The notes under the pieces were generated by a model, which saw nothing but the letters and a program-made list of their open reading frames with translations, was not told the DNA's origin and ran no database searches. A DNA stretch of 64,000 nt, taken from NCBI GenBank assembly GCA_010015805.1, contig ML978128.1, forward strand, positions 496,001-560,000, read 5' to 3'. The position numbers and the translations under genes are program-made. Within the stretch, counting starts at the first letter, position 1. Each line of letters opens with the position of its first letter. Shown here piece after piece: positions 28,470-40,979 of this stretch. The stretch is from Rhizodiscina lignyota. Taxonomy: Eukaryota.

Positions 28470-29005
28470 CCGGCTTCGCCGTCCGCTTCGGTGCTCTTTG
28501 AATCGTAGGCTCGAAGAAGCAGAGGGTGTTTGCAACCCTCGAATGAAGATCACATCGTTGGGCCTCGCGTACTTGGGAACCAGACAAAATTGTCTTTCTG
28601 TCGCAGTGTTCGCAACTACATTAACGTCCTCCTCGGCAGCTGGTTTGACTATGAATGAGTTCTGCTCAGGCATATGAAATGGCTCATACCAACTCAGGTG
28701 AGCCCAAATATCACATCCACAACATATCCATAGACGACGAGGCGTCCAAGGTCAGATTGATCTTGCTTGACCGTCTTCGAGGATCCACTGGCTGCGCACT
28801 TATATCTGAAGTACTGCCAACTCGCATTGATTGGAAATGTTGCTGTAGAGACTCGCCAATCCGGAGCCCAAGACGGAAGATCGGTCGAATTTTCATCGCC
28901 ATGTGTGCTGAGAATACACAAAACGTCCAGAGTGAGATCTCCATTGATGATTTACTTTGTGAGATACTGATAAACTTCTGAGACCGGGGCGTTATAATCA
29001 ATCTT
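28470..29005 (-). pseudogene. HET-6-like heterokaryon-incompatibility protein, C-terminal remnant
   Basis: IDYNAPVSEVYQYLTK*IINGDLTLDVL...LPSWAPDW, then FCLVPKYARPNDVIFI and GCKHPLLLR across stops and frameshifts; these motifs are characteristic of regions downstream of HET domains. Confidence 0.75.
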
Positions 29006-29516
29006 CATCGTTTTAGTGTTGGGTTCGTCCTACGAATACGATGTCGAAAAGGAACTTTTACGAGTAACGTAATACTTGCAAGATTTTAATATATTGCTAA
29101 AAGATATAATCCAGTACCATTTCCTTACCAAAGGGCAATAGGTCAGTCAGTGTATTGGACCAGTTGGATGGGTTGAGACTATGGCTTATATCTTTCGCTA
29201 TGGAGTTCTATTGTAATGGTCAACATCAAAGCTATGATGGTTATATATGTGACGGAATGCAAAGCTCACAAAAACACTGGATTAGCAAGTGCAAGTTTGT
29301 CTCTCTTAGCTCACATATGTCTACTCTGTTCTGAACTTGTGGAGATCGTAGATGGTGATTAATATATGGAGAGCTGCGATGAGCGTCTGTTGACGTCATA
29401 ATCCGGGGTAGACAAAGTACAACCTCGATTAAAATCAGGAGCTTCATCTTCTCTCTTTCACCTTTCCACTCTCAATTGCAAAACAATTTTCTGATAGATC
29501 AACCTTCAACTGCATC

Positions 29517-30144
29517 ATGTCTCTTCCTTCGCGCTCCGCACTCTTGGGCCGCTCAAGTGTAGTGTCGCTTCCCATCCGTACTTTTTCCACCACATCACGT
29601 CGATTCGCCTCAGGAGACTACGGCAGCGGCAAAGGCGACCCAAAGGGCGAGAAACCGCAAGAGCAAGGCCCGAATCCTTCAGCAGACAAAGAACACCCTG
29701 GCCCTCCGCCTCCAAAGGCCGGACAGGGCACCGGCGGCGGACCCACGAAGAAGGGCGAGGCGGGCCATCAAGGTAGCGAGGGTCAGAAGAAGAGCTTCAG
29801 CACATATTCGAGACCGCTGGAGCAGAGGAGAGGCTTCAAGTCGAGCCCTATGCTCTCGGCAACGGGCTTGAAGAAGCCGAAAGGCGATACCGAGAATGCG
29901 CAGCCGAAGATATTGGGGGACAACCCGCCGGCTGAGGGTGAGCAGTCAGAGGAAGTGAAGCAGCACAATAAAGAAGTGGACGAGAGGGCGGAGAGGCCGA
30001 CCGAGAGGGTAGACGAGGCGGACGTGGAGAAGGATAAGGTGCATAAAAAGTTTTGGGCCGGTGAGTAGTCCATATTGTGAATGCAGGCGTCAGGAAGCTA
30101 ACATTCTTTATGTAGGCCAAGGAGGTAGAGACAAGGATCCATGA
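29517..30144 (+). CDS. Small hydrophilic, probably mitochondria-targeted hypothetical protein; intron 30061-30115
   Basis: Arg/Ser-rich presequence-like N-terminus (RTFSTTSRRFA); DYGSG.GDP.GE.P motif; GTGAGT..CTAAC..TAG intron to short last exon. Confidence 0.7.
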
Positions 30145-30293
30145 GAGAGAAGCAGTACAGCCCAGAATGACTGTAAGGAGCGAGCAGCACAGTTTACGGC
30201 TACCTGTACATTATCTATTCTATCGAAGCTGAGCGCCGGCACCTCTAGACCAAGACTATATCTATAGTCTCCGAACATTGCAAGCATACATTA

Positions 30294-31118
30294 TTACTCC
30301 TGTGTTGAAGATCGCCTCAGCTTCGTACCCTGCCCATCTTCTTCCACTCCATCAATAAACGTTCCATCGTCCCCGTTGAGCTTCACGGCGTCGCTCTGTG
30401 TGAGAGCTCTGTACTTCTCCTCCGCGATTCTCCCCACCTTGCTCGGCCCCACCTTGCGGTTATCCAGGCCATAGAACTCTTGGAAGTTCATAATCAGCGG
30501 CGACCACTTGTCCGGGTCGATCCTGTTCGCGTGTCCCTTCATTCTGAGCTCGTTTCTCACGTGGACTCGCAAGACCCTGAGCTCGACTGCAATAACGAGT
30601 CCAGCCCGATCCGGCACGTCGCTCATTGTGTCGTGGATCACGGTCAACTCGCACTCCATCTGCACAGGACATTCCCGAACCCTCGCTGGCTTTATGTAGG
30701 TAGAATTTTGAGGCGTGAGTCCCGAGGCCGCCCACTTGTCCTTGACGTAGACGTATCCTCTGTCCACCTTGCTCGCAGAAGGGACTTCAGTCCCGGTCGT
30801 GCCAGAGAGGCCATTGACAGCTTCAACCATGGCTGGCGTCGCATCAGGCAAGTTTATCACCATTTGCTTTTCGCGGCGGAGGTTGCTGGGTGTCTTTGAT
30901 TCCCCGTCAAAGCCGACCATGGCCGAATGGCCCAAGAACCAGACTGAAGACCCTGGTGCAAGGTTGGTGCTGCCATCTTCGTTGAGGGTGCTGTAGATTG
31001 CGACGGGGGTTCCCCAGTAGAGAATAGCAGGATTGATGGGAGAATGAGTGGGAGAGAAGGTTTGGTCTGGAGTATCATAGCCCGGAAATTTCATGGAGGC
31101 ACTTGGTCCGTGATCCAT
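30294..31118 (-). CDS. Flavin reductase-like FMN-binding protein (DIM6/NTAB family), intronless
   Basis: HSPINPAILYWGTPV; STLNEDGSTNLAP; PARVRECPVQMECEL; RIDPDKWSPLIMNFQEFYGL. Confidence 0.85.
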   Translation of the reverse strand: MDHGPSASMKFPGYDTPDQTFSPTHSPINPAILYWGTPVAIYSTLNEDGSTNLAPGSSVWFLGHSAMVGFDGESKTPSNLRREKQMVINLPDATPAMVEAVNGLSGTTGTEVPSASKVDRGYVYVKDKWAASGLTPQNSTYIKPARVRECPVQMECELTVIHDTMSDVPDRAGLVIAVELRVLRVHVRNELRMKGHANRIDPDKWSPLIMNFQEFYGLDNRKVGPSKVGRIAEEKYRALTQSDAVKLNGDDGTFIDGVEEDGQGTKLRRSSTQE

Positions 31119-32656
31119 TGCGAAGGTTGGTATGTGTTTGTGTTTAGAAAACTTGGGAGAGATGATGAGGTTGGACTGCTGCTGTGAGAGAACAGATTGG
31201 ACTTTGAGTGTGAGATTGCTGCTGATTGTTCTTTACAACTGTGAAGAAACACTGGTACATTTATACGGTAGAGATATGTGGTTCGACTCATTCGAATGTC
31301 TAAAGTGTGTCCTAACCGCGGTACCTTACTAACTAGCTCGCCGACATTGGGAGCAGCATAGCTTGCGATATTGCTTGCAGATGCATTGAATCTAGCCTAG
31401 AAATGCTCTTGAAATGTCGGAGATGTCAAGGTCGGCAGGATAAGTCATCCATTGGAAAACGCCCGTGTGGAGAATGCAGGGCGTGATACAGATTATCGGT
31501 CCCGCTGATTGGTCACTTTGAAAGCAGTCGAATACCTTCCACGTTTCGTCCGTCAGGGGCATAGCGACAGATCTGCTGAACGGTATTCAGCAAATGCATT
31601 CAACAGAGCCTCGTGTTTCCAAATAACCGGAGATACAAATCTAAGGATTGGTTCTCCGCTCGTGTCTCGTCTACCACGCTGTCGGCCTTGGCATTGAAGG
31701 AAAGTTTAGATTATTACACAGATCTTTGTCATCCGAGAGGCACGACTCATGGCTCCAGCTGATGAAGTTGAACGGAGGAAGTTTCCAAATATCTAGCAGA
31801 TTCGGCAATTGAGCGCAATACGCAGAGCGGAGCGCAGAGCGCAGAGACGAGAGAAAGGAGAGTAGGAAACATGTTGATCGGTATGACGGGAAAGCAAAGA
31901 TGGATAGAGCATCTCTCACATATGTAGTGGTAGATTCTCAAAGTGCCTCCAACCGCGATCTTATTGAATTTTCAAATGAAGCGTGGAGAGTTGGGCGACT
32001 CTTCAATCACTTTGGGTGCCACTTCCAGGACCCTTCGCGCGAGCATTGCTGGAGGCTCAGGCGCACGACTCGTTCGTTCCCGACGTCTACGGTCTTGGTG
32101 CTAATTTGCTGGAACAGAAACAGCTCCAAAGACGCGGTTTCTCGTCGACTTAACACCGTCTGAGAGTCAACATGGGACATCAGCGATGAAAAGCAGTGTG
32201 TCCCTCGCCATTGTGCCAAGACAGCGACCAAAAACGCGTGCCTTGCACATGAATCATGATGTCACTTCTCACGCGTTGATCGTGACGGGAAGAGCTGTTG
32301 CCTGGACTTTGCAGGCGCAAGCGACCATTGGTCCGTGGGCAGGGGAAAGAGGAATTCGCGATGTGCAAGATTGCCATGTGCTCCAAGATCGACGATTGGG
32401 TGATCAAGATGGCTGGTGGCTGGTGCATGATGGCGTGTGGTGACGCGAAAAAGTGTGTGAGGGCAAAGTGACGTAACGTCAAAGCTTCCGGCCGGGAAGC
32501 TTTCTCAAACGCCTCTGGGGAAAACAACTGGCACCACTCAAACAACTTCTGCCTAACAACACCTTTCCACTTCGAATCTCCAATAAAACCTCTGTTGACC
32601 TTCCAACTCTCTGATTCCACTTCACATCTCTTCATTGCATACCCTGTGACACCAAA

Positions 32657-34006
32657 ATGAAGTTCTCGACCATCTCCACCCTTGTGGTGGCCCTGGCAGC
32701 CGAGAACGTGGTTGCGAGCAACTGGCTGGGCACCAAAGGAGGTGAGTACTACAGCGACCGAGCTTCAACGCGAAAATTACGTTGCTCGAAGCAAGTGTCC
32801 AAACCCCTAGATCTTACGTTAACATAGAAGCAGCGTACAACAAGTGGCATGAGACTGAGCTGGAGCGTTGGCTCTCAGATCACAACGTCCCCTATCCCGC
32901 CGCAGCAGACAGGAAGGATCTCATCGACGCCGTAAAGAATAACTGGGATGCCTACGTCGTCTCCCCATACGCGAGCTGGCAGACACCTGACCTGCAGTCG
33001 TACCTCACCCAGAAGGGTCAGGAGATCAAGAAGGGAACTGAGCAAAACAAGGACAGCTTGGTCAGCCAAGTCCAGGGAGTCTGGACTGATACTTCGGATT
33101 CTGTCACCCATGCCTACTCCAACACTCACGAATGGATCCTCGACAGGTACGTGTTAGTTATAAAATCATACTGGAACATGATACTCACTGATATTCAGCT
33201 GGACCGACTCCCAATTGAAGGCCTTCCTCGACAAGCATGGCATCCCCAACCCTCAGCCTCGCAACCGCGACACACTCCTCAAGACCGCTCGTGAGAACTA
33301 CCAAGCAGTTGCGAACAAGCTCAACCAGCAGGACGTCTACTACCCTGGTAATTGGCTGTATGAGACCTGGTCCGAGTCGGATCTCAAGGCTTGGCTCGAC
33401 GAGCGTGGCTTCCCTGCACCGCAGCCCACGAATCGCGATAGCCTGGTTGCCTCTGTTCGCCGCAACTCCCGTATCGCTTCCGAACGCGCCCAGGCTCAAT
33501 ACTCCTCGCTTTCTGCCTCTGCCGCCGCTGCTACCAACTATCTCACTGATCAAGTCTTGGAAGGATGGAGCGACAGCAAGATCAAGGAGTGGTGCGACTC
33601 AAAGGGCATCAAGGTGCCCCAGGGCTCCAAGCGCAACGAGCTCATCGCTCTGGCTCGCAAGCACCGCGAGAGGCTCGCCCAGTCTGGTTCTGATGCTGCT
33701 TCCTCTGCATCTTCGTATTATGGCGCAGCTACTTCCTCTGCGGGCAACGAGTATGCCAAGGCTACCGAAGACGCGCAGCTCCAGGGCCAGCAGATGTATG
33801 GTGCGTTTGGCTACTACACCGACCTTGTCAAGCAGAAGCTTGGTATTCAGACGAGTGCTGGTTCCAACTTCAACACTCTAAGCGGCGCAGCTAGCAAGAG
33901 TGCAGCCAGCGCCTCAAGCCAGGCTTCTGTGCAAGCATCGAAGGCATCCAAGAGCGCTAGCTCCGCTGCGGCTTCTGCCAGCAAGAAAGCTAAGCAGGAG
34001 TTGTAA
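32657..34006 (+). CDS. ish1: Stress-responsive nuclear envelope/ER protein Ish1/Msc1; introns ~32742-32833 and ~33147-33199
   Basis: Signal peptide; repeated W(S/T)xSxLKAWL..xG(I/V)PxP LEM-like Ish1 repeats; C-terminal KQEL (KDEL-like). Confidence 0.88.
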
Positions 34007-34528
34007 ACGCCACGACTGAGGAGAGAGTAGCGAGAAGGTGGTGAAGTAGGATTGACGATACCTCAGGAGGATGAAAATGAAGGTGGAGGAGGGTACGATA
34101 AGAGGTTGGACGAATGACTCGATTAGGAGGGAACTTCAATTACAGCGCCGGGTGACTGGCCGTCTACGATGAATGATCGCATGAAGACTACTCATCCGTT
34201 TCGGGACCTGGAGTGATTCTGCTTTTTGGCTTTGGGCTTGCGACTCATGATAAACGAAGCTTCAGATAGGTTCAGGTTGCCAATTGATCTTTGTTATGAC
34301 CATAAACTACTGCATTTTGTCCTCCCTGCGACTAAGCTTGCCGAAATCGGAGCACACATAGCTTCGCTGGTGCGATATCGGCTTGTTCGGCAATTGGCTG
34401 GCGCCAACGTCATCCGAGCATCAAGCTGCATCTGAGCCCTGCAGATGAAATCTCGCCGTGAAAATCAAGAGCTCGCTCATCCAAGCTCCTCGTGAGCCAT
34501 CCTCGACCGAGACATCTCAATTGCAACA

Positions 34529-35758
34529 ATGGCCACCAGAACCCTCCTCAAGCCTCCCCTCCGCCCCCTCTCCTCCCTCTCCGTCCATTCCTCCTCCCCA
34601 TTCCTCCCATCACTACGACAACAACAGATCCGCTGCATCTCCGCCTACGGCTACGAGCAAGCCAAAGCGCTCACCTTCCGCGAGTACGGCGACCCGCGCG
34701 ACATCTTGTCTCTCCACACGCACTCCATCTCGCCCGCGCACGGCAACCTGCTCACCCTCCGTTTCCTCGCCTCACCCATCAACCCCGCCGACATCAACCA
34801 GCTGCAGGGCGTGTACCCCAGCAAGCCGACGTTCACCACCTCCCTGGGCACAGCAGAGCCCATCGCCGTCGGCGGGAATGAAGGCGTCGCGGAGGTGATT
34901 GGGCTGGGCGATGCGGCGGCGAAGGAGGGCTGGAAGAAGGGCGACTGGGCCATCATGAAGGCGCCCGGCTTCGGGACGTGGAGGACGCACGCGCAGACGA
35001 CGGCGGACAAGCTGACGAGGCTGGAGCGGGAGTGGCTGGGCGATAAGGGCGAGATCACGCCCATCCAGGCGGGCACCGTGAGCGTGAACCCGTGCACGGC
35101 GTATCGCATGCTGCGGGATTTCGTCGACGTGCAAGAGGGGGAGTGGTTCGTGCAGAACGGCGCGAACTCGGGCGTGGGCCGGGCGGCGGTGCAGCTGGCA
35201 CGCATCTGGGGGATGAAGAGCATCAACGTCGTGCGCGCGCGCGAGAGCGCCGAGGAGACGGAGAAGCTGAAGGCGGAGCTGAGGGGCCTGGGCGCGGACG
35301 TCGTGGTCACGGAGGACGAGGCGCAGGCCAAGAGCTTCGGCGCGCAGGTCAAGGAGATGACGAACGGCGGGCGCGAGAAGGTGCGCCTCGCGCTGAACTG
35401 CGTGGGCGGCAAGAGCGCGACGGCGCTGGCGCGCGTCTTGTCGCCCGGCGGCGCGCACGTCACGTACGGCGCCATGGCGAAGCAGCCGGTGCAGCTGCCG
35501 TTCGCGCTGATCGTGTTCAAGAACATCTCCTTCCATGGCTTCTGGGTGAGCAACTGGAGCGAGCGGCACCCGAAGGAGAAGGCGGAGACGGTGGCGGAGG
35601 TGTTGAAGTGGACGAGGGAGGGCAAGTTCAAGGACATTCCCGTTGATGAGCTGAAGTGGACGTGGGATACGACGCAGGAGGAGCTGGTGAAGGCGGTGGA
35701 GGGGACGTTGGGTGGCTTCAGGAAAGGGAAAGGCGTTTTCGTGTTTGAGGGGACATAG
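34529..35758 (+). CDS. ETR1: Mitochondrial trans-2-enoyl-[ACP/CoA] reductase (MECR/Etr1)
   Basis: Presequence; LASPINPADINQLQGVYP; VGGNEG; SVNPCTAYRML; QNGANSGVG; VTYGAM. Confidence 0.95.
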   Translation: MATRTLLKPPLRPLSSLSVHSSSPFLPSLRQQQIRCISAYGYEQAKALTFREYGDPRDILSLHTHSISPAHGNLLTLRFLASPINPADINQLQGVYPSKPTFTTSLGTAEPIAVGGNEGVAEVIGLGDAAAKEGWKKGDWAIMKAPGFGTWRTHAQTTADKLTRLEREWLGDKGEITPIQAGTVSVNPCTAYRMLRDFVDVQEGEWFVQNGANSGVGRAAVQLARIWGMKSINVVRARESAEETEKLKAELRGLGADVVVTEDEAQAKSFGAQVKEMTNGGREKVRLALNCVGGKSATALARVLSPGGAHVTYGAMAKQPVQLPFALIVFKNISFHGFWVSNWSERHPKEKAETVAEVLKWTREGKFKDIPVDELKWTWDTTQEELVKAVEGTLGGFRKGKGVFVFEGT

Positions 35759-36298
35759 TTGATATCCGTGCATAAGATGGTGTAAGAACATGTGCAATGT
35801 GAGCGTGCTCGAAGGCATTTAGCTGTACATATAATATAGCAAGCGGATCAGAGAGAAAAGAGCTCCACGAAGAGCTCGTTGATTTGTTCAGAACTGTATG
35901 AGAGGGCCACAAATTATCCACTAGAAAGTAAAAGACGAGGTATAGACAGTCGCAGGCAGTCCGTCTGCCGATTTTCGCCCTTCCCGTGGGACGCCCGAAT
36001 AGCGAACGAAGGCAAAAAAGAGGTGAAATACGTCGCCAGCGTAGCAGTACACCCAGTATCCGGCGGCGCCTATGATCAAGAAAAGCAGAATGCAGCTCCT
36101 TTGGTATTTCCATCACCCCTGCCTCCCAATAGCTTTTGCAAAGCATAAACAAAAGAAGTGCAAAACCCAATTGGAAAAAAAAAGCTACCGCCATGCTGGT
36201 CAGTAGATGTCCACATCATGCATTTCATCAATCCATGCAATCCAATTTCTTTGTGCTTTTTAGACTTCAGAGTGAAACCGCGAGTCTGCGAACGGTGC

Positions 36299-37213
36299 TT
36301 ATTGTATACTTTTGAAGAGATCTTCACCACCAAGCTCCGTGTCCATCTTGACTTCCGGTATCGTTGGCGGCGGTTCGCGATTCTCCTTCTGGCTCTCAGT
36401 CTCCGCGAGAGTTCCCTCGCCCGTTCCTGGTCGACTGTTGCCCACCATCCCGTTCTCATCCACGCGCCCAATCATGAACAGCGCACTTTTCCTCCTATTG
36501 CTGCTGCCGAACCACGCGCTGCTGCGCTTCTTCCGCAGGTTCGGACTCTTGCTCCCCGTTGCGTTGCTACTTGCAGTCGTGAATGGCGAGTCTGGGCGAA
36601 GCGAAGGCGACGTTACCGATGATGCGGGGCGGTAGGGTTGGCTGAATGAGTCCATGCTGTTCAGACGGCCTAGCGAGGGTCCCATGGCGGCGCCGCCGGA
36701 GAAGCAGTCTGCAGACGCGGACGTGGACGTGGACGAAGAGTTGGAGTTGCTGTAGAGGCTGCGGAAGGAGAAGAGGCGCTTCATGCCTGAGCTTTTCTTG
36801 CTCGTCGATTCTCTGCGATTGGGTGGTGCGTTGCCGCCGTGGATGGTGGTATGGATCGTGGGGAAATTTGCGCCTTTGCTCTGGCCACCCGACGGAGTCC
36901 TGTTCCTTCCATTGGAGTCGATGCCTAATACTCTGTTTGCTTTAAGCTCGGTCGATGTTGGTGTTGAAGGGAAGGCGCCGGGCATGACTGGTGTTGTGGG
37001 GTGAGATGAGAGAGGGCCACCGCCAGGGGTTGGAGAACGGCCGAGTTCATTCAGATCGGCTTCGTTGTCCGGTGGTGTCGCGGGTGGAGATGGGATGTCC
37101 GTGCCCGCTGTGAGAGAGAAGTCGAGAGAGGGGAGTTCGAGCGGGGAGAAAGAATTGGACTTGGGGGGCTTTCCCAATTTGAAGTCGGTGTTTGTTGTCG
37201 GTTGGGACGACAT
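36299..37213 (-). CDS. Ser/Pro-rich hypothetical protein
   Basis: 304-aa ORF; FSLTAGTDIP, GPLSSHP, LRKKRSSAWF, RRKS motifs; ends GEDLFKSIQ. Confidence 0.7.
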   Translation of the reverse strand: MSSQPTTNTDFKLGKPPKSNSFSPLELPSLDFSLTAGTDIPSPPATPPDNEADLNELGRSPTPGGGPLSSHPTTPVMPGAFPSTPTSTELKANRVLGIDSNGRNRTPSGGQSKGANFPTIHTTIHGGNAPPNRRESTSKKSSGMKRLFSFRSLYSNSNSSSTSTSASADCFSGGAAMGPSLGRLNSMDSFSQPYRPASSVTSPSLRPDSPFTTASSNATGSKSPNLRKKRSSAWFGSSNRRKSALFMIGRVDENGMVGNSRPGTGEGTLAETESQKENREPPPTIPEVKMDTELGGEDLFKSIQ

Positions 37214-38544
37214 GTTTGCGGCGCGATAAGATTGGAAAAGTAGCGTGAGTCGAGGAAGTTGTTGAGAAGTGAAGGATGTCGGTCGTCGTTGACCGTAGGA
37301 TGTTATGGAAAGAGCGTGAAAGAGCGGCGAGAAGCGAGTTGAAGAAAGTGTTTTGTTTGTTATTCCGTAAGAGGAATCATCCGAGGTGGGGAGAGGAAGA
37401 GCAATCAGTGAAGATGCTCAGTAGAAGTTGTGATAGAAGCAGCTCGAAGCCACTCCCGACTGACGCAATTCGGCACACAGGCGAAGTCAAAAGTGCGGAT
37501 CGCGAGGCGTTTCACCAGGAAGGAAGTCGAAGATAATTTTGACAGCGCGCTCAGCGGCTTGCTCTGGACGTTTGGACGCTGGACACGGCAGCGGAAGAGC
37601 GCAATTGACGGTAGTGCAAGGCTTGCACAAGTGGCACACGACTTCCCGCAGTGATCGGGTGAAGTTGTAGAAAAGAAGGGGGGGAAGTGAGGGAAACTCT
37701 CCGCTGGCCTTGTGGGTGACTATCAAGGCACTCCCCTGCGACAAGGAACACGCCGGGCAGAAGTAGGACGGACCAGCCTCGCGCCCGGATTCTAAAGGGC
37801 CCTGCTGGCTTGCTTTTTTGCTGAAACGGCGCGCTCGTGCTTGAATCGCTTGATTCATGTCCTTCACAGCAGGGATGACGCGTCTGACGAGCGGCCCCGG
37901 CGCCCAGCAGCACCCACTCTTCGTGCCCGAACGCTCGGAAGCTCAGGTACCTTGCGGGAGGGCTAGCCCCCGACCAGCTAGCCGCTCTCTTAGTGCGGGA
38001 CGACGCGCTCACTGCCGGCCAGGCTTGCAATCCACTTACTCCGCACGTCAGGGGAAGCGCGATTGATTTACGGTGGGATTAGAAATGGTTGGACGGGAGC
38101 AGAGTGGAAAGTGGCGTATCATTATCAAGCAGAACGGAAGCGCGTTGAGAGCATCCGGTCTGAAGCAAAGGAGTGCAGGTATTTTGTGGCTATCGCGAGA
38201 AGCGATCACGCCAGGGACCTGCCTATCCGAGCTACCTGTGCGTTTTCTATCCCACGCGTCTGTGGAACGCGTGGGCAGCTCGAGAAGCGTCGGAGTCCCT
38301 TAAGCACCGGCACCACCACACTAGAAAACCTAGATATATCCGCCCCTGCCTCCAATCGAGCCGGAGCTTCCGAATCGTTTGGTCCACTGCAGGTACACTG
38401 CATGAGTCCCATCAAACGCGATGGTGCCACACAAACGCAAGTCTCTAACCGATGTCCCGAGCGAGGATCCAATTCGTCATTCCCTACGGAGTAAAGATGC
38501 AATATAAACATTTTCTACCATAACCGTTCCCAAGCAAACCTAAC

Positions 38545-40979
38545 CTACGAAAAGCCCATACTCTTCCCTCTTCCAGACAACATGTCGACCAACGGCTTGA
38601 ACTCCATCCAGAACTCGTCCTTCGGTCGCCGATTCTTCCAATCCGTCTCCTCCTCCTCGATCTTCTTCATCGGGCTGAATTTCACCTGGCTGCCCCGGAT
38701 GCCGATGATGGCCGCGCTCATCTCGTCTTTGGAGATCTCGTCTCTGCTCTTTCCTGCAAACTGCTCCAGGTGCTGAAGGGATTTGACGCCGAAGCGAGTC
38801 GCTCTTACACGGTCCATGGGAGATGGCGTGGTGCCCTGCTGCCAGTGGCCAGGAATACCGATGCGCGACTCAAAGCGGCCTTTGGCTTCTTGACGGATCA
38901 TGTCCGAGATGACCTCCGTTGTATACGTCTGGCTCGCCTTCTCATTGCGGAGGATGATCTTGCCGGCGCGAGACTGTCCACGGTCTTTGGCGAAAGTTTC
39001 GCGAAGATGTTCGATGTCGCGGTCGAGCATCTTGATGTTGATGCCCTCCTCAGGCGTGTAAACCGCGAGTGCACCGATGGACAGTCCTGCAATGGTGGCA
39101 ATGTAGCCAGACGCGCCACCCTGCGTTTCAATGACGAAGACACGGCGACGTGAGGCAGAGGCAGACTGGCGGCATGCATCGCAGTACTGGATCAGCGCGT
39201 TCAAGCAAGTATCGCTTCCGAGCGAGTATTCGGTGCCGGGGACGTTATTGGAGACAGTGGCGGGAAGGACAACCATGGGGATTCTAAATGCCGGATATCT
39301 GTCGCGTGCCAGCCTGAGTTCGCTAACAGCCGTGAAAGCCTCGAAGCCGCCGACAACGAAGAGCGCGTCAAGTTCGTATTTCTCGAAGCAATACGCCGTC
39401 ATGCCAATATCTTCAGATGGAAGACCACGGTTGCAGCCGATTTCAGACCCACCACGCGTAGACCAATCTTCGGCGTCGAGCCAGCCAATGTCCCTGACAG
39501 AGCCGAGAGGCTTGTCATCATGATGGCGGCAAAGACCTGGGAAGCCGTTATAGAGAGCTACAGGCGTGTGGCCACGAGCGAGGCAGTAGGCGACGGCGGC
39601 GCGAGTTGCAGCATTCATACCGCCGGCTGGAGCACCGACGTGGATGATGCCTATGCGCATCCGCTACAGAAAGATTAGCAATAAAGTGAAGCTGTTTGAT
39701 GTGGACTGAAACGGACCTTTTCTACAGGTAGCAGCAAGTCTGGCTGCTCCGATGCGGTAGTGATGTTGAAGCAATAATAGTACTCGGCGAATTCAGCATC
39801 TCTGAGCTTCATCGCGCGGGCAAAGTCTTTTGCCTCGATCGCTTCGGCTACTTCATGAGTGAGTCTAACAGCTTCAAGTAGTGGTTTCCGGACGATCTTG
39901 TTCTCGACGATCGATATCACAGGGCTAGCGGTATCCGGTGTGGCCTCCAATACAGCCTTGACTGCTTCGGCGCCTTGAAGAGTCGAAAGCATGCGATCGT
40001 ACGCGACTGCGGCGCCGCCACGTTGGACGTGACCAAGCGTGGTCACTCGGGTGTCTAGACCGTACTCGGAGAGGAGGTCCTTGACTTCGTTCGATGTGAT
40101 CTTCTTGAGGTTTATATCGTGGGCGCCTTCGGCGACTATCACGATAGTCTTTCTCTTTCCAAGCTTGCGATGCTACCCGACAAGTGAGCAAATGTGTGTC
40201 TTATTGGAGCTAGGAGTGCTGCGCACCTTGCCAATGATCTTGCACATCTCCTCCTTCCAGTTCTCCGTCGGTGGGTTCTCAGGGATCATGATGAAGTCGG
40301 CGCCGGTGCTCACACCTGCCATCAATGCCAGCCAGCCACAATGCCTTCCCATCACCTCGATCACAAACGCACGTTGATGGCTCCTTGCTGTCGCGTCGAT
40401 GCTGTCCACGCTTTCACATATCCTCGTCAGCGAGCTATAGCATCCAATCGTGGCGTCCGTCGAACTCATGTCGTTGTCGATACTCCCAACCAGTCCAACA
40501 ATATTCAGGTGCTTGAAAGGCTCGATCTGCTCCGGAGTGACTTGGCCGTTAGCGACAAGCTCCTTGAGCAAAGCCGGCCACTCCTTTCTAAAGGTATCCG
40601 CACCCGTCAGACTTCCGTCTCCTCCGCAGATAATCAGCGCGTCGATGCCCTTGTCGATCATATTCCTTGCTGCCTTCAACCTGCCCTCTCTCTTTCTGAA
40701 GTCGGCGCATCGTGCAGTGCCAATGAGTGTGCCGCCCTCAGCGAGGTATCCACGCACGTCGTCCCACTCGACTTGCTTGATCATGTCGCCGCCATCTACC
40801 AGGCCCTGGTATCCTTCGTAGATGCAGTATGCCTCGCAGCCTGAGGCAATGGTCATGCGAACGACCGCACGGACGGCGCCATTCATTCCAGGCGCGTCGC
40901 CGCCAGAGGTCATGACGCCGATTCGGCGCTTCTTCCCCGGGAGGGGAGGAGGAGCGCCATTCACACCGTCTGTCGCCAT
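38545..40979 (-). CDS. pfkA: ATP-dependent 6-phosphofructokinase; introns ~40174-40226 and ~39665-39716
   Basis: [43 protein letters not shown]; regulatory half [19 protein letters not shown]. Confidence 0.97.

Noticed and set aside
34651..35818. Long antisense ORFs opposite ETR1 (also opposite the Ebp1-like gene, ECI1, pfkA and sepA)
   Set aside because: Shadow ORFs caused by high GC3 codon bias in the real genes.
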